Shown: positions 1 to 16,225, numbered from the stretch's first letter. The stretch is 64,000 nucleotides of DNA from Burkholderiales bacterium (GCA_035499005.1 DATJZQ010000075.1:6760-70759); one strand, 5' to 3'. Notes: a model not told the origin generated them from the letters alone. A program made the numbers and translations.

Positions 1-1302
1 GGCATGTCCGGAACGGTGATCGACGTCCAGGTCTTCACCCGCGAGGGTATCGAGCGCGACAAGCGCGCTCAGCAGATCATCGACGACGAGCTGGCCCGCT
101 ATCGCAAGGACCTCAACGATCAGCTGCGCATCGTCGAGGACGATACCTTCGGGCGCATCGAGCGCCTGCTGATCGGCAAGGCGGCCAACGGCGGCCCCAA
201 GAAACTGGTCAAGGGCACGAAGATCACCAAGGTATATCTGCAGGATCTCGAGCGTTTCCACTGGTTCGACGTGCGCCTCGCGAGCGAGGAAGCGGCGAGC
301 CAGCTGGAGCAGCTCAAGGCCAGCCTCGATCAAACGCGCGTCCAGTTCGATCAGGCGTTCGAAGCCAAGAAGAAAAAGCTCACCAGCGGCGACGAGCTGC
401 CGCCGGGCGTGCAGAAAATGGTGAAGGTCTACCTGGCGGTGAAGCGGCGGCTGCAGCCCGGCGACAAGATGGCCGGCCGCCATGGGAACAAGGGTGTTAT
501 CTCCAAGATCGTTCCGGTCGAGGACATGCCGCACATGGCAGACGGGACGCCGATGGACATCGTGCTCAACCCGCTCGGCGTGCCATCTCGCATGAACGTC
601 GGGCAGATCCTCGAGACCCACCTCGGCTGGGCCGCGAAGGGGCTGGGCAAGCGCATCGGCGATCTGGTGCAGGCCGTGGGCTCGGGTGCGAGCGCGTCGG
701 ATCTGCGCAAGGCGTTGACGCTGGTCTACAACTCGAGCGGGACGCCGGAGGAGCTCGACTCGCTGTCCGACGAGGAGACCGTGCAGCTCGCGCGCAACCT
801 GCGCAGCGGCGTCCCGTTCGCTACCCCGGTGTTCGACGGGGCCACGGAAGACGAGATCAAAGGCATGCTGGAACTGGCCGGGTTGCCTCGCACCGGGCAG
901 GTCACCCTGTATGACGGCCGCATCGGAGAGCCGTTCGACCGGCCGGTGACGGTGGGATACATGCACATGCTCAAGCTGCACCACCTGGTCGACGACAAGA
1001 TGCACGCCCGCTCGACCGGCCCGTACAGCCTGGTCACGCAGCAGCCGCTCGGCGGCAAGGCGCAGTTCGGCGGCCAGCGTTTTGGCGAGATGGAGGTATG
1101 GGCGCTGGAGGCCTATGGCGCTGCCTACACGCTGCAGGAGATGCTGACCGTCAAGTCCGATGATGTGAGCGGGCGCACCAAGGTGTACGAGAACATCGTC
1201 AAGGGCGAGCACAAGATCGACGCGGGAATGCCGGAGTCCTTCAACGTCCTGGTGAAGGAGATCCGCTCGCTGGCGATCGATATCGATCTGGAGCGTTACT
1301 AA
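1..1302 (+). CDS. rpoB: DNA-directed RNA polymerase subunit beta, C-terminal part (5' end lies outside the window)
   Basis: The reading frame is open from base 1. The translation contains conserved beta-subunit C-terminal motifs ([86 protein letters not shown]). It is followed immediately by rpoC. Confidence 0.97.
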   Translation, partial: GMSGTVIDVQVFTREGIERDKRAQQIIDDELARYRKDLNDQLRIVEDDTFGRIERLLIGKAANGGPKKLVKGTKITKVYLQDLERFHWFDVRLASEEAASQLEQLKASLDQTRVQFDQAFEAKKKKLTSGDELPPGVQKMVKVYLAVKRRLQPGDKMAGRHGNKGVISKIVPVEDMPHMADGTPMDIVLNPLGVPSRMNVGQILETHLGWAAKGLGKRIGDLVQAVGSGASASDLRKALTLVYNSSGTPEELDSLSDEETVQLARNLRSGVPFATPVFDGATEDEIKGMLELAGLPRTGQVTLYDGRIGEPFDRPVTVGYMHMLKLHHLVDDKMHARSTGPYSLVTQQPLGGKAQFGGQRFGEMEVWALEAYGAAYTLQEMLTVKSDDVSGRTKVYENIVKGEHKIDAGMPESFNVLVKEIRSLAIDIDLERY

Positions 1303-1385
1303 AGTTCTGGTGAAGGTGAATGAGTGAAGGGTGAGGGTCGGGACGATCTCGATCTTTCAGTCTTAGCCTCAAGCGGAGACAAGCC

Positions 1386-5627
<4,242 letters not shown>

Positions 5628-5661
5628 GTTTTTCGCCCGCGCGCAGCGGGCGCGGTCAACG

Positions 5662-5692
5662 GGGGCCGGGACGGGTTTGCCGTCCCGGCCCC
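5662..5692 (+). terminator. GC-rich perfect hairpin 35 nt after the rpoC stop; a possible operon terminator without a canonical U-tract
   Basis: GGGGCCGGGACGG (5662-5674), loop GTTTG, CCGTCCCGGCCCC (5680-5692), giving a 13-bp perfect stem. The following sequence is ATTCGCTT, so there is no T-run. Confidence 0.4.
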
Positions 5693-5698
5693 ATTCGC

Positions 5699-5727
5699 TT
5701 GACACTCCTCTGCTAAGGCCATAAACT
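5699..5727 (+). promoter_or_regulatory. Putative sigma70 promoter of the str operon (rpsL-rpsG-fusA-tuf)
   Basis: TTGACA (5699-5704), a 17-nt spacer, then TAAACT (5722-5727). It sits just after the rpoC hairpin and about 240 nt upstream of rpsL. Confidence 0.45.
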
Positions 5728-5794
5728 CTCGCGTCTTTTTCCCGACCGTCCGGCGAGCTTCCCCGGGCGCGGGTGCAGACGGTTGGTGCGATCG

Positions 5795-5822
5795 GGACGG
5801 CATCTGCCGTCCTCGATTTTTT
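5795..5822 (+). promoter_or_regulatory. Leader hairpin followed by a T6 run between the putative str promoter and rpsL (attenuator-like element)
   Basis: GGACGGC (5795-5801), loop ATCT, GCCGTCC (5806-5812), then TCGA and TTTTTT (5817-5822). Confidence 0.3.
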
Positions 5823-5970
5823 GTGTTGAGGGTTTCGTGGTGTCGGCCGGATTTTTTGCGGCCGTCCAGGCCCGCACGGCGGGCGGCGGGTACGGGATGC
5901 AAGCTTTGCGTCCACGCCTGCGAGTCAGGACAGACAGCGCTATCAATTCAGAAAGTTAAGGGGCCGCAGG

Positions 5971-6348
5971 ATGCCGACAGTCAATCAACTCGTACGCAAA
6001 CCGCGCGTCGCCAAGCGCCTGAAAAGCAAGGTCCCTGCGCTGGAGAACTGCCCGCAGAAACGCGGCGTGTGCACGCGTGTTTACACCACTACGCCGAAGA
6101 AGCCCAACTCGGCTCTGCGCAAAGTGGCGAAGGTGCGGCTCACCAACGGCTTCGAGGTGATCGGCTACATCGGTGGCGAGGGGCACAACCTGCAGGAGCA
6201 TTCGGTGGTCCTGATCCGCGGCGGGCGCGTCAAGGACCTGCCGGGCGTGCGTTACCACATCGTGCGGGGCAGTCTTGATACCCAGGGCGTCAAAGACCGC
6301 AAGCAGGGGCGCTCCAAGTACGGGGCCAAGCGTCCCAAGGCGGCGTAG
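5971..6348 (+). CDS. rpsL: 30S ribosomal protein S12
   Basis: 125 aa. [12 protein letters not shown]...[12 protein letters not shown]...[17 protein letters not shown] is the canonical S12 sequence. Confidence 0.98.
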   Translation: MPTVNQLVRKPRVAKRLKSKVPALENCPQKRGVCTRVYTTTPKKPNSALRKVAKVRLTNGFEVIGYIGGEGHNLQEHSVVLIRGGRVKDLPGVRYHIVRGSLDTQGVKDRKQGRSKYGAKRPKAA

Positions 6349-6393
6349 GTCGCACCCGCATCATCCTGTCAGTCGACCCGAGGAAACGACGCT

Positions 6394-6864
6394 ATGCCGA
6401 GACGCAGAGAGGTGCCGAAACGGGAAGTCCTGCCCGACCCGAAGTACATCAGTCAGGACGTGGCCAAGTTCATCAACGTGGTGATGACGCGCGGTAAGAA
6501 ATCGGTAGCCGAGCGCATGGTGTACGGCGCCTTCGAGCAGATCGCCAAGAAGGGTAGCAAAGATCCGCTGGAGGTCTTCTCCACCGCGCTTTCGAACATC
6601 CGCCCCATGGTCGAAGTCAAGAGCCGCCGCGTCGGTGGGGCCAACTACCAGGTGCCAGTGGAAGTGCGCTCGGTGCGCCGCACCGCGCTCGCGATGCGCT
6701 GGCTGCGCGATGCAGCGCGCAAACGCGCGGAGAAGTCGATGGCTGCGAGATTGGCCAACGAGCTGCAGGAGGCGGCCGAGGGGCGTGGCGGCGCGATGAA
6801 GAAGCGCGAGGAAGTACACCGGATGGCGGAAGCCAACAAGGCGTTCTCCCATTACCGGTTCTGA
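6394..6864 (+). CDS. rpsG: 30S ribosomal protein S7
   Basis: 156 aa. [18 protein letters not shown]...[19 protein letters not shown] matches S7, and the gene holds the expected position in the str operon. Confidence 0.98.
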   Translation: MPRRREVPKREVLPDPKYISQDVAKFINVVMTRGKKSVAERMVYGAFEQIAKKGSKDPLEVFSTALSNIRPMVEVKSRRVGGANYQVPVEVRSVRRTALAMRWLRDAARKRAEKSMAARLANELQEAAEGRGGAMKKREEVHRMAEANKAFSHYRF

Positions 6865-6881
6865 GGCCGCAGGATTCCACC

Positions 6882-8993
6882 GTGCCACGCGTCACGCCCA
6901 TCGACCGTTATCGCAACATCGGCATCAGCGCGCACATCGATGCCGGCAAGACCACGACCACCGAGCGCATCCTGTTCTACACGGGTGTGTCGCACAAGAT
7001 GGGCGAGGTGCACGACGGCGCGACGGTCATGGACTGGATGGAGCAGGAGCGTGAGCGCGGCATCACCATCACTTCCGCAGCCACCACCTGCTTCTGGAAA
7101 GGCATGGAGGGCAAGTATCCGGAGCACCGCATCAACATCATCGACACCCCCGGCCACGTGGATTTCACCATCGAGGTCGAGAGGTCGATGCGCGTGCTGG
7201 ACGGCGCGTGCATGGTGTATGACTCCGTGGGCGGAGTGCAGCCGCAGTCCGAGACGGTCTGGCGTCAGGCCAACAAGTACAAGGTTCCGCGCCTCGCTTT
7301 CGTGAACAAGATGGACCGCGTGGGAGCCGACTTCTTCAAAGTCTATCGCCAGATGCGCGAGCGTCTGCAGGCCAATCCCATCCCGATTCAGGTGCCGATC
7401 GGCGCCGAGGACAAGTTCGAAGGCGTGGTCGATCTGGTTCGCATGCAGGGGATCTACTGGGACGACAGCACGCTCGGTATGAAATTCGAGTTCCGGGACG
7501 TGCCGGCTGCCCTCGAGGATCTGGCTCGCGAGTGGCGCGAGAAGATGGTGGAAGCGGCGGCTGAAGCCAACGAAGAGCTGATGAACCACTACCTCGAAAA
7601 GGGCGATCTTTCGGCTGCAGATATCAAGCGCGGCCTGCGCCTGCGCACGGTGGGCGGCGAGATCGTGCCGATGTTGTGCGGGTCGGCATTCAAGAACAAG
7701 GGCGTTCAGGCCATGCTGGATGCCGTGGTCGATTACCTGCCGGCGCCGATCGATATCCCGCCGGTGAAAGGCGTGCTGGAGAACGGGCAGGCGGCCGAGC
7801 GCCGGCCGAGCGATGACGAGCCGTTTTCCGGGCTCGCCTTCAAGATCATGACTGATCCATATGTGGGTCAGCTGATCTTCTTCCGCGTGTATTCGGGCGT
7901 GGTGAGCTCGGGTGACCAGGTCTACAACCCGATCAAGGGCAAGAAGGAGCGTCTGGGCCGCATCCTGCAGATGCACGCGAACCAGCGCGAGGAGATCAAG
8001 GAGGTGCGCGCAGGCGATATCGCCGCCGCGGTTGGCCTGAGAGAGGCCACCACCGGCGACACCCTGTGCGACCCCAACAAGGTCATCATCCTGGAGAAGA
8101 TGGAGTTCCCGGAGCCGGTGATCTCTCAGGCGGTAGAACCGAAGACCAAGGCGGACCAGGAGAAGATGGGCGTTGCGCTGGGGCGGCTGGCGCAGGAGGA
8201 TCCCTCTTTTCGGGTGCGCACCGACGAGGAGTCAGGGCAGACCATCATCTCGGGCATGGGCGAGCTGCACCTCGAGATCATCGTCGACCGCATGAAGCGG
8301 GAATTCAGCGTCGAGGCCAACGTCGGCAAGCCGCAAGTCGCTTACCGCGAGGCGATCAAGAAGAAGGTCGACAGCGAGGGCAGGTTCATCAAGCAGTCCG
8401 GCGGGAAGGGGCAGTACGGCCACGTGTGGCTCAAGCTGGAGCCGAACCCCGCGGGCAAGGGCTACGAGTTCGTCGATGCGATCAAGGGCGGCTCGGTGCC
8501 GCGTGAATACATTCCCGCGGTCCAGAAAGGCGTGGCCGACTCGCTGACGAGCGGCGTCCTGGCCGGTTACCCGGTGGTCGACGTGAAGGTCACCCTGTAC
8601 GACGGCTCCTACCACGAGGTGGATTCGTCAGAGCAGGCCTTCAAGATGGCCGGCGCGCTAGCCTTCAAGGACGGCATGCGCAAGGCCGGCCCGGTGCTGC
8701 TGGAGCCGATGATGGCGGTCGAGGTGGAGACGCCCGAGGAGTTCATGGGCAACGTGGTGGGGGATCTGTCCTCGCGGCGGGGCATGATTCAGGGCATGGA
8801 CGAGCAGCCAGGCGGGGTGAAGGTGGTAAAGGCCGAGGTGCCGCTGGCGGAGATGTTCGGCTATTCCACGACCCTGCGCTCTCTGTCGCAGGGTCGCGCC
8901 ACCTACACCATGGAGTTCAAACACTATTCTGAGGCGCCCAAGAGCGTCGCGGAGGCGATCATCAACCGCAACCCGGACAAGGACAAGAAGTAG
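6882..8993 (+). CDS. fusA: Elongation factor G
   Basis: 703 aa with a GTG start. G-domain motifs are present ([21 protein letters not shown]), and the gene follows rpsG. Confidence 0.97.
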   Translation: MPRVTPIDRYRNIGISAHIDAGKTTTTERILFYTGVSHKMGEVHDGATVMDWMEQERERGITITSAATTCFWKGMEGKYPEHRINIIDTPGHVDFTIEVERSMRVLDGACMVYDSVGGVQPQSETVWRQANKYKVPRLAFVNKMDRVGADFFKVYRQMRERLQANPIPIQVPIGAEDKFEGVVDLVRMQGIYWDDSTLGMKFEFRDVPAALEDLAREWREKMVEAAAEANEELMNHYLEKGDLSAADIKRGLRLRTVGGEIVPMLCGSAFKNKGVQAMLDAVVDYLPAPIDIPPVKGVLENGQAAERRPSDDEPFSGLAFKIMTDPYVGQLIFFRVYSGVVSSGDQVYNPIKGKKERLGRILQMHANQREEIKEVRAGDIAAAVGLREATTGDTLCDPNKVIILEKMEFPEPVISQAVEPKTKADQEKMGVALGRLAQEDPSFRVRTDEESGQTIISGMGELHLEIIVDRMKREFSVEANVGKPQVAYREAIKKKVDSEGRFIKQSGGKGQYGHVWLKLEPNPAGKGYEFVDAIKGGSVPREYIPAVQKGVADSLTSGVLAGYPVVDVKVTLYDGSYHEVDSSEQAFKMAGALAFKDGMRKAGPVLLEPMMAVEVETPEEFMGNVVGDLSSRRGMIQGMDEQPGGVKVVKAEVPLAEMFGYSTTLRSLSQGRATYTMEFKHYSEAPKSVAEAIINRNPDKDKK

Positions 8994-9005
8994 AAAGGAA
9001 TCATC

Positions 9006-10196
9006 ATGGCTAAAGGCAAGTTTGAGCGAACCAAGCCGCACGTGAATGTTGGGACGATAGGGCACGTGGACCATGGGAAGACCACGCTGACGGCGGCGCT
9101 CACCCTAGTGTTGTCGAAGAAGTTTGGGGGGGAGGCCAAGGCGTACGATCAGATTGACAACGCGCCGGAGGAGAAGGCGCGCGGGATCACGATCAACACC
9201 GCGCACGTGGAGTACGAGACGGCCAATCGGCACTATGCGCACGTGGACTGTCCGGGGCACGCCGATTACGTGAAGAACATGATCACGGGGGCAGCGCAGA
9301 TGGACGGGGCGGTGCTGGTGGTCTCGGCGGCCGATGGGCCGATGCCGCAGACGCGCGAGCACATTTTGCTGGCGCGCCAGGTGGGGGTGCCCTACATCGT
9401 GGTGTATCTGAACAAAGCCGACATGGTCGATGACAAGGAGCTGCTCGAGCTGGTGGAAATTGAGGTGCGCGAGCTTTTGACCAAGTACGAGTTTCCGGGC
9501 GACAAGACGCCCATCATCATCGGTTCGGCGTTGAAAGCCTTGGAAGGGGACAAGGGGGATCTGGGGGAGGCGTCGATTTTCAAGCTGGCTGAGGCGCTCG
9601 ATAGCTACATCCCGCAGCCCAAGCGGGCGCTCGATGGGCCGTTTTTGATGCCGGTGGAGGATGTGTTTTCCATCTCCGGGCGCGGCACGGTGGTGACGGG
9701 ACGCGTGGAGCGCGGCATCGTCAAGGTGGGCGATGAGATCGAGATTGTGGGGCTGAAGGCCACCACCAAGACCGTGTGCACTGGGGTGGAGATGTTCAGG
9801 AAGCTTCTGGACCAGGGGCAGGCGGGGGACAACATCGGGGTGCTGCTACGCGGCACCAAGCGCGAGGAAGTCGAGCGCGGGCAGGTGCTGGCCAAGCCCG
9901 GCAGCATCACCCCGCACACCAAGTTCAGCGCCGAGGTCTATGTGCTGAGCAAAGAGGAGGGTGGGCGGCACACGCCGTTTTTCAACGGCTATCGGCCGCA
10001 GTTTTATTTTCGCACCACCGATGTGACCGGGTCGGTGGAGCTGCCGCAGGGCACTGAGATGGTGATGCCTGGGGACAACATTGCGATGACGGTGACGCTC
10101 ATCGTGCCCATAGCCATGGAGGAGGGCTTGCGCTTTGCCATCCGCGAGGGCGGGCGCACGGTGGGTGCGGGTGTGGTGTCCAAGATACTGGAGTGA
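9006..10196 (+). CDS. tuf: Elongation factor Tu
   Basis: 396 aa. [39 protein letters not shown] and NKADMV are all present. Confidence 0.98.
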   Translation: MAKGKFERTKPHVNVGTIGHVDHGKTTLTAALTLVLSKKFGGEAKAYDQIDNAPEEKARGITINTAHVEYETANRHYAHVDCPGHADYVKNMITGAAQMDGAVLVVSAADGPMPQTREHILLARQVGVPYIVVYLNKADMVDDKELLELVEIEVRELLTKYEFPGDKTPIIIGSALKALEGDKGDLGEASIFKLAEALDSYIPQPKRALDGPFLMPVEDVFSISGRGTVVTGRVERGIVKVGDEIEIVGLKATTKTVCTGVEMFRKLLDQGQAGDNIGVLLRGTKREEVERGQVLAKPGSITPHTKFSAEVYVLSKEEGGRHTPFFNGYRPQFYFRTTDVTGSVELPQGTEMVMPGDNIAMTVTLIVPIAMEEGLRFAIREGGRTVGAGVVSKILE

Positions 10197-10269
10197 GAAC
10201 GGTGAGCCGTGACGGCGTGAGCGCTGCGACCTGCGCATCACGAGTCGCGAATCACGGGAGCTATTGAGT

Positions 10270-10584
10270 ATGGCCATGCAGAACCAGAAGATCCGCATCC
10301 GGCTGAAGGCGTTCGACTATCGCCTGATCGATCAGTCCGCGCTGGAGATCGTCGAGACGGCCAAGCGCACCGGTGCAGTGGTAAAGGGACCGGTGCCGCT
10401 GCCCACGCGCATCGAGCGCTTCGATGTGCTGCGCTCCCCGCACGTGAACAAGACTTCGCGCGACCAATTCGAGATCCGCACGCACCTGCGCCTGATGGAT
10501 ATCATCGATCCAACGGACAAGACGGTGGACGCACTGATGAAGCTCGATTTGCCGGCCGGCGTCGACGTCGAGATCAAACTGTGA
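10270..10584 (+). CDS. rpsJ: 30S ribosomal protein S10 (start ambiguous: TTG 10264, ATG 10270 or ATG 10276)
   Basis: [21 protein letters not shown]...[11 protein letters not shown] is canonical S10. The conserved MQNQ begins at 10276. The GGGAG Shine-Dalgarno at 10255-10259 is best spaced for 10270. Confidence 0.93.
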   Translation: MAMQNQKIRIRLKAFDYRLIDQSALEIVETAKRTGAVVKGPVPLPTRIERFDVLRSPHVNKTSRDQFEIRTHLRLMDIIDPTDKTVDALMKLDLPAGVDVEIKL

Positions 10585-10618
10585 GCTGTAGCGGAAAACC
10601 GCAGGGAAGGCGACAACA

Positions 10619-11263
10619 ATGACGCTAGGACTCGTGGGACGCAAGATCGGCATGACGCGGCTGTTCACAGATGACGGCGATGCCGTCCCGGTGACCGTCG
10701 TGGACGTGTCCGACAACCGCGTGACTCAGATCAAAACTCCGGAGAGCGACGGCTACACGGCGGTGCAGGTGACGTTTGGAAAGCGTCGCGCGAGCCGCGT
10801 GACACGCCCCATGGCCGGACACTTCGCCAAAGCCGGGATCGAAGCAGGCTCCGTCCTGAAGGAGTTCGCAGTTACGGCGGAGCAGGCTGCCGCGCTCAAG
10901 CCCGGCGCCACCATCGGTGTCGGCATCTTCAGCGTCGGGCAAAAGGTAGACGTGAGCGGTGCCACACTCGGGAAAGGGTTCGCCGGAGTCATCAAGCGGC
11001 ACAACTTTTCTTCCAATCGTGCCAGCCACGGCAACTCCGTGTCGCACAACAAGCCGGGCTCGACCGGTCAGAATCAAAGCCCGAGCAAGGTATTTCCGGG
11101 CAAGCGCATGGCGGGTCATCTCGGCGACGTCCGCAGCAGCGTGCAGAACCTGGAGATCGTGCGCATCGACGCGCAGAGACAGCTGCTCATGATCAAGGGT
11201 TCGCTGCCGGGCTCCAAGGGTGGCAACGTGGTGGTGTCCCCGACCGTCCGAGTGAGGGCATAA
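10619..11263 (+). CDS. rplC: 50S ribosomal protein L3
   Basis: 214 aa. [17 protein letters not shown]...[13 protein letters not shown] matches L3, in the expected S10-operon order. Confidence 0.97.
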   Translation: MTLGLVGRKIGMTRLFTDDGDAVPVTVVDVSDNRVTQIKTPESDGYTAVQVTFGKRRASRVTRPMAGHFAKAGIEAGSVLKEFAVTAEQAAALKPGATIGVGIFSVGQKVDVSGATLGKGFAGVIKRHNFSSNRASHGNSVSHNKPGSTGQNQSPSKVFPGKRMAGHLGDVRSSVQNLEIVRIDAQRQLLMIKGSLPGSKGGNVVVSPTVRVRA

Positions 11264-11884
11264 ATGGAACTGCCGGTCATCGACGAGCAGGGTCGGCCGC
11301 GCGCCAAATTGGCGGCGTCCGACGCGCACTTTGCGCGTGACTTCAACGAGGCTTTGGTGCACCAGCTGGTGACCGCCTACCTCGCCAACGCTCGCCTCGG
11401 CACGCGTGCGCAGAAGACGCGCGGCGAGGTCGCCAAATCCAAGCGCAAGCCGTGGAAGCAGAAAGGCACCGGGCGCGCCCGTGCGGGTAAAGCCTCGAGC
11501 CCGCTGTGGCGTGGCGGCGGCAAGATTTTCCCGAATAGCCCCGATGAGAACTTCAGCCGCAAGGTGAATCGCAGGGCGTACCGAGCTGGAATCTCCGCGA
11601 TTCTGTCGCAGCTGGTGCGCGAAGGGCGGCTGTGCGTGGTGGAGAACCTCGCGCTGCAGCAACCCCGGACCAAGCTGCTGCAGGAGAAGCTGAAGGCGAT
11701 GGGGCTGGACAATGTCCTCGTCATCACCCACAGCGTCGACCAAAATCTCTACCTGTCGTCCCGCAACTTGCCGAACGTGCTGGTGGTGGAACCGAGGAAC
11801 GCAGACCCGGTGAGCCTGCTCAAGTTCGAAAAGACGCTGCTTACCCGGGACGCAGTGGCTAAGCTCGAGGAGATGTTGACATGA
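11264..11884 (+). CDS. rplD: 50S ribosomal protein L4
   Basis: 206 aa. [14 protein letters not shown]...PLWRGGG is the L4 motif. The start abuts the rplC stop (TAAATG). Confidence 0.97.
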   Translation: MELPVIDEQGRPRAKLAASDAHFARDFNEALVHQLVTAYLANARLGTRAQKTRGEVAKSKRKPWKQKGTGRARAGKASSPLWRGGGKIFPNSPDENFSRKVNRRAYRAGISAILSQLVREGRLCVVENLALQQPRTKLLQEKLKAMGLDNVLVITHSVDQNLYLSSRNLPNVLVVEPRNADPVSLLKFEKTLLTRDAVAKLEEMLT

Positions 11885-12231
11885 GCGGGCGTGTAAGCGG
11901 CAAGAAGAGCGGCTTCAGCCCCGCGCGCCTGATGCAGGTGCTGATTGCACCGCAGGTCTCGGAAAAAGGGACGTTTGTCGGCGAGAAGAACAATCAGTTC
12001 GTGTTTCGCGTGACCTCGGACGCGACGAAGCCGGAGATCAAGGCGGCCGTGGAGCTGATGTTCAAGGTGGACGTGACGGGTGTGCAGACGTCCAACGTCA
12101 AGGGTAAACAGAAGCGCTTCGGGCGCTTTGTCGGCCGCTCGCGCAGCTGGAAAAAGGCCTTCGTCGGACTCAAGCCGGGCCAGGATATCGACTTCACCGG
12201 CGGTGAACCCAAGCGAACCGGAGGGATGTGA
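11881..12231 (+). CDS. rplW: 50S ribosomal protein L23
   Basis: 116 aa. [10 protein letters not shown]...[17 protein letters not shown]...WKKAFVGL matches L23. The start overlaps rplD by 4 nt (ATGA). Confidence 0.95.
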   Translation: MSGRVSGKKSGFSPARLMQVLIAPQVSEKGTFVGEKNNQFVFRVTSDATKPEIKAAVELMFKVDVTGVQTSNVKGKQKRFGRFVGRSRSWKKAFVGLKPGQDIDFTGGEPKRTGGM

Positions 12232-13058
12232 TGCCACTGACCAAAGTCAAACCCACGTCGCCTGGGCGGCGTGCCCTGGTAAAGGTAGTGACGCCCGAGC
12301 TCCACAAGGGAAAGCCGCACGCCAGCCTGATCGAACGCAAGCCGAACAAGGCTGGGCGCAACAATATGGGCCACGTCACCGTCCGGCACCAGGGTGGGGG
12401 ACACAAGCAACACTATCGCAAGATCGACTTCACGCGCGACAAGGACGGAGTCGCAGCGAAGGTGGAGCGCCTGGAGTACGACCCTAACCGCAGCGCGCAC
12501 CTGGCGCTGGTCTGCTACGTGGACGGCGAGCGCCGCTACATCGTGGCGCCCAAGGGCGTGGGTGTAGGCCAGCAGGTGGTGAGCGGAGCGGATGCCCCGA
12601 TCAAGCCCGGCAATACGCTGCCGCTGCGCAACATCCCGATTGGGACCACGATCCATTGCGTCGAGCTGTTGCCCGGCAAGGGGGCGCAGATGGCGCGTGC
12701 CGCGGGCACGTCGGTGCAGTTGTTGGCACGGGAGGGCACCTACGCCCAGCTGCGGCTGCGCTCGGGCGAGATCCGCCGCGTGCACGTGGACTGCCGCGCG
12801 ACGATCGGCGAGGTAGGCAACGAGGAGCACAACCTGGAATCGATCGGCAAAGCCGGGCGTCAGCGCTGGCGGGGCATCCGCCCGACGGTGCGCGGAGTTG
12901 CCATGAATCCGGTCGACCACCCCCACGGCGGCGGCGAAGGTAAGACCGGCACCAAGCGTGACCCCGTCACCCCCTGGGGGCAGTACACCAAGGGGTACAA
13001 GACGCGCAAGAACAAGCGCACGCAAGGCATGATCGTGCGCAGCCGGCATCGAGCATAG
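12228..13058 (+). CDS. rplB: 50S ribosomal protein L2
   Basis: 276 aa. [21 protein letters not shown] and [18 protein letters not shown] are conserved L2 motifs. Confidence 0.98.
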   Translation: MMPLTKVKPTSPGRRALVKVVTPELHKGKPHASLIERKPNKAGRNNMGHVTVRHQGGGHKQHYRKIDFTRDKDGVAAKVERLEYDPNRSAHLALVCYVDGERRYIVAPKGVGVGQQVVSGADAPIKPGNTLPLRNIPIGTTIHCVELLPGKGAQMARAAGTSVQLLAREGTYAQLRLRSGEIRRVHVDCRATIGEVGNEEHNLESIGKAGRQRWRGIRPTVRGVAMNPVDHPHGGGEGKTGTKRDPVTPWGQYTKGYKTRKNKRTQGMIVRSRHRA

Positions 13059-13073
13059 GAGAGGCGAAGCCAC

Positions 13074-13370
13074 ATGGCACGTTCGATCAAGAAGGGGCCG
13101 TTCGCCGATCACCACCTCGTAGCCAAGGTGGAGAAGGCCAAGGCGACAAACGACAAGCGTCCGATCAAGACCTGGTCGCGGCGGTCCACCGTGCTGCCGG
13201 ATTTCGTCGGGTTCACCATCGCCGTGCACAACGGCAAGCAGCATATCCCGGTGTATATCACCGAGAACATGGTTGGCCACAAACTGGGTGAATTTGCCTT
13301 GACGCGCACATTTAAGGGCCACCCGGCGGACAAGAAGGTTGCGGTAGCGTCGGCGCCAGCCAAGAAATAG
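13074..13370 (+). CDS. rpsS: 30S ribosomal protein S19
   Basis: 98 aa. [15 protein letters not shown]...[27 protein letters not shown] matches S19. Confidence 0.97.
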   Translation: MARSIKKGPFADHHLVAKVEKAKATNDKRPIKTWSRRSTVLPDFVGFTIAVHNGKQHIPVYITENMVGHKLGEFALTRTFKGHPADKKVAVASAPAKK

Positions 13371-13385
13371 AAATCAGGAGCCGAG

Positions 13386-13715
13386 ATGGAAACGAAGGCT
13401 GAATTGCGTGGAGTGCGGCTGTCTGCCCAGAAGGGCCGACTGGTCGCCGACCAGGTGCGCGGTTTGCCCGTGGACAAGGCGCTCAACGTTTTGAGCTTTA
13501 GCCCGCAGAAAGCAGCGGGAATCATCCGCAAGGTCCTGGAGTCGGCCATCGCCAATGCCGAGCACAACGACGGCGCGGATGTCGACGAGCTCAAAGTGAG
13601 GCGGATCTACGTCGAGCGCGGTACCTTTCTGCGGCGCTTTCGCGCCAGCGCGAAAGGACGTGCGTCGCGCATCATGAAGCCGACCTGCCATATCTTTGTC
13701 GTCGTGGGCGACTAA
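13386..13715 (+). CDS. rplV: 50S ribosomal protein L22
   Basis: 109 aa. [14 protein letters not shown]...NAEHN...[18 protein letters not shown] matches L22. Confidence 0.97.
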   Translation: METKAELRGVRLSAQKGRLVADQVRGLPVDKALNVLSFSPQKAAGIIRKVLESAIANAEHNDGADVDELKVRRIYVERGTFLRRFRASAKGRASRIMKPTCHIFVVVGD

Positions 13716-13736
13716 CCGGATCTCGAGGATTCGCGT

Positions 13737-14447
13737 ATGGGTCAGAAAATAAACCCGATCGGCTTCCGTCTCTCAGTGCTGCGCAATTGGAGCTCGAGGT
13801 GGTATGCCAACACCAAGAACTTTCCCGGCATGCTGAATGAGGACATCAAGGTGCGCGATTTCCTCAAGAAGAAGCTCGCACACGCGGCGGTAAGCCGGGT
13901 CGTGATCGAGCGCCCAGCCAAAAACGCTCGCATCACCATCCACAGTGCTCGACCAGGCGTGGTGATCGGGAAGAAGGGGGAGGACATTGAAGCCCTGCGA
14001 GGCCAGCTGCAGCGGCTGATGGGCGTTCCGGTACACGTCAACATCGAGGAGGTGCGCAAGCCGGAGCTGGATGCGCAGCTCATCGCCGACAACATCGCGG
14101 CGCAGCTGGAAAAGCGCATCATGTTCCGACGCGCCATGAAGCGCGCGATGACCAACGCGATGCGGCTGGGGGCCCAGGGCATCAAGATCATGAGCGCCGG
14201 GCGCCTGAACGGTATCGAGATCGCGCGGACCGAATGGTATCGCGAGGGCCGCGTTCCGTTGCATACCCTGCGCGCCGAGATCGACTACGGTTTCGCCGAA
14301 GCGAAGACCACCTACGGCGTGATCGGGATCAAGGTGTGGGTGTTCAAGGGCGAAGTGCTGGGCAAGGGTGAGCAGCCGGCTGCGCCGCCGCCCGAGACCG
14401 AGAAGAAACCGAGACGAGCGGGGGCGAAGCATGCTGCAGCCAGCTAA
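13737..14447 (+). CDS. rpsC: 30S ribosomal protein S3
   Basis: 236 aa. [12 protein letters not shown]...[12 protein letters not shown] (KH domain)...[21 protein letters not shown] matches S3. Confidence 0.98.
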   Translation: MGQKINPIGFRLSVLRNWSSRWYANTKNFPGMLNEDIKVRDFLKKKLAHAAVSRVVIERPAKNARITIHSARPGVVIGKKGEDIEALRGQLQRLMGVPVHVNIEEVRKPELDAQLIADNIAAQLEKRIMFRRAMKRAMTNAMRLGAQGIKIMSAGRLNGIEIARTEWYREGRVPLHTLRAEIDYGFAEAKTTYGVIGIKVWVFKGEVLGKGEQPAAPPPETEKKPRRAGAKHAAAS

Positions 14448-14835
14448 AACCAAATTTCGCAAATACCAGAAGGGGCGCAACAAAGGTGTTGCCACCCGCG
14501 GCGCCAAGGTCAGCTTCGGCGACTGGGGGCTGAAAGCTACGGGGCGGGGGCGGCTCACGGCACGGCAGATCGAGGCGGCCAGGCGAGCGATGACGCGCCA
14601 CATCAAGCGCGGCGGTCGTGTCTGGATCCGCATCTTTCCGGACAAGCCGGTGTCGCAGAAACCGGCCGAGGTACGTATGGGCAACGGCAAGGGCAATCCG
14701 GAGTACTTCGTCGCGGAGATTCAGCCAGGCAGAGTGCTCTACGAAATGGACGGGGTGAACGAGACGCTGGCACGCGAGGCTTTCCGGCTGGCCGCGGCCA
14801 AGCTCCCCATCGCTACAACGTTCGTAGCGCGGTAG
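14431..14835 (+). CDS. rplP: 50S ribosomal protein L16
   Basis: The conserved N-terminus [19 protein letters not shown] begins at ATG 14431, inside track ORF 14368-14835, and overlaps the end of rpsC. The upstream 21 codons are Arg-rich and non-homologous. Confidence 0.95.
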   Translation: MLQPAKTKFRKYQKGRNKGVATRGAKVSFGDWGLKATGRGRLTARQIEAARRAMTRHIKRGGRVWIRIFPDKPVSQKPAEVRMGNGKGNPEYFVAEIQPGRVLYEMDGVNETLAREAFRLAAAKLPIATTFVAR

Positions 14836-14848
14836 ACGGGTCAAGACG

Positions 14849-15043
14849 ATGAACGCCAAACAATTGCGAGCAAAGGGCGCGCAGGAGCTGCTGGAAGAGT
14901 TGAATTCCCTGCTCAAGGCGCATTTCAGCCTGCGCATGCAGCAGGCAACCCAGCAGCTGACCAATACCAGCGAGTTGGGCAAGACGCGGCGCACGTTGGC
15001 GAGGGTGCGCACCATCCTGGCAGAGAAAGCGAGGCGGGCATGA
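14849..15043 (+). CDS. rpmC: 50S ribosomal protein L29
   Basis: 64 aa with an L29-like sequence ([20 protein letters not shown]) in the expected position. Confidence 0.95.
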   Translation: MNAKQLRAKGAQELLEELNSLLKAHFSLRMQQATQQLTNTSELGKTRRTLARVRTILAEKARRA

Positions 15044-15321
15044 GCGAAGCGGTCGCGACTGAGCAGACCGGCGTGCGCCGGCGGCTGACGGGCAGGGTGG
15101 TGAGCGACAAGATGGACAAGACCGTCACTGTCCTGGTCGAGCGGCGCGTACCGCATCCCTTGTACAACAAGTTCGTGGGACGCTCGAAAAAGTACCACGC
15201 ACACGACGAGAAGAACGAGTACCGCACCGGGGACCTGGTGCTGATCGAGGAATGCCGCCCGTTGGCCAAGACCAAGGCGTGGCGGGTGGTCGAGCTGGTC
15301 GAGAAGGCGCGCGAGGAGTAG
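15040..15321 (+). CDS. rpsQ: 30S ribosomal protein S17
   Basis: 93 aa. [40 protein letters not shown] matches S17. The start overlaps rpmC by 4 nt (ATGA). Confidence 0.97.
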   Translation: MSEAVATEQTGVRRRLTGRVVSDKMDKTVTVLVERRVPHPLYNKFVGRSKKYHAHDEKNEYRTGDLVLIEECRPLAKTKAWRVVELVEKAREE

Positions 15322-15342
15322 GGCCGACGCTGGCGATACGCC

Positions 15343-15371
15343 TTGCGAGGTGCGTTGCTGCGGCCTACAAT
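15343..15371 (+). promoter_or_regulatory. Putative sigma70 promoter of the spc operon
   Basis: TTGCGA (15343-15348), a 17-nt spacer, then TACAAT (15366-15371). It lies in the 190-bp rpsQ-rplN gap, which is the classical S10/spc operon junction. Confidence 0.5.
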
Positions 15372-15511
15372 ACGCGATTTTTCGCAGCCGGGTCAGGGTG
15401 CTAGTTGCAGGAGCGCAGCCTGGGCTGGGGATCCAAACCCCGAGCGGGGTCCAAGACTGGCCGCGGCGGGCTCTGAGCGGGCCGGCGGAGGAAGTTGGAG
15501 AAGGGCACAAG

Positions 15512-15880
15512 ATGATTCAGATGCAGACCATGCTCGACGTGGCGGACAACACCGGGGCGCGCTCCGTGATGTGCATCAAGGTCTTGGGCGGCTCGAAGCG
15601 GCGCTATGCCGGGATCGGCGACGTCATCAAGGTGAGCGTGAAGGACGCCGCTCCGCGCGGCCGCGTCAAGAAGGGCGAGATCTACAACGCGGTGGTGGTG
15701 CGCACCACGCGAGGGGTTAGGCGCCAGGACGGCTCTCTGCTCAAGTTCGACAGCAACGCGGCGGTCCTGCTGACTCCCAAGCTGGAGCCTATCGGCACCC
15801 GGATCTTCGGTCCGGTGACGAGGGAGTTGCGGACCGAGCGCTTCATGAAGATCGTGTCGCTCGCGCCGGAAGTGCTGTGA
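15512..15880 (+). CDS. rplN: 50S ribosomal protein L14
   Basis: [28 protein letters not shown] begins at ATG 15512, inside the longer track ORF 15350-15880. The product is 122 aa, the canonical size. Confidence 0.97.
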   Translation: MIQMQTMLDVADNTGARSVMCIKVLGGSKRRYAGIGDVIKVSVKDAAPRGRVKKGEIYNAVVVRTTRGVRRQDGSLLKFDSNAAVLLTPKLEPIGTRIFGPVTRELRTERFMKIVSLAPEVL

Positions 15881-15907
15881 GGCGGCGGCTGCGACTGGGG
15901 TAAACCG

Positions 15908-16225
15908 ATGCGCAAGATCAAGAAGGGCGATGACGTGGTTGTGCTGGCCGGCAAAGACAAGGGCAAACGCGGCGCCGTGCTGCGCGTGGTCGACGCCGAG
16001 CACCTGCTGGTGGAGGGCATCAACGTGGCGAAGAAGCACCAGCGCCCCAACCCGGTGAAAAACACAACGGGCGGGATCGTGGACAGGGAGATGCCGCTGC
16101 ACCTGTCGAATGTGGCCATCTACAACCCGACGACCAAGCGGGCGGACCGCGTCGGCATCAAGGTGCTGGACGACGGACGTCGCGTGCGGGTTTTCAGATC
16201 CAACGGCGAGATGATCGATACTTGA
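15908..16225 (+). CDS. rplX: 50S ribosomal protein L24
   Basis: 105 aa. [22 protein letters not shown] is the KOW motif, and the position is as expected. Confidence 0.96.
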   Translation: MRKIKKGDDVVVLAGKDKGKRGAVLRVVDAEHLLVEGINVAKKHQRPNPVKNTTGGIVDREMPLHLSNVAIYNPTTKRADRVGIKVLDDGRRVRVFRSNGEMIDT

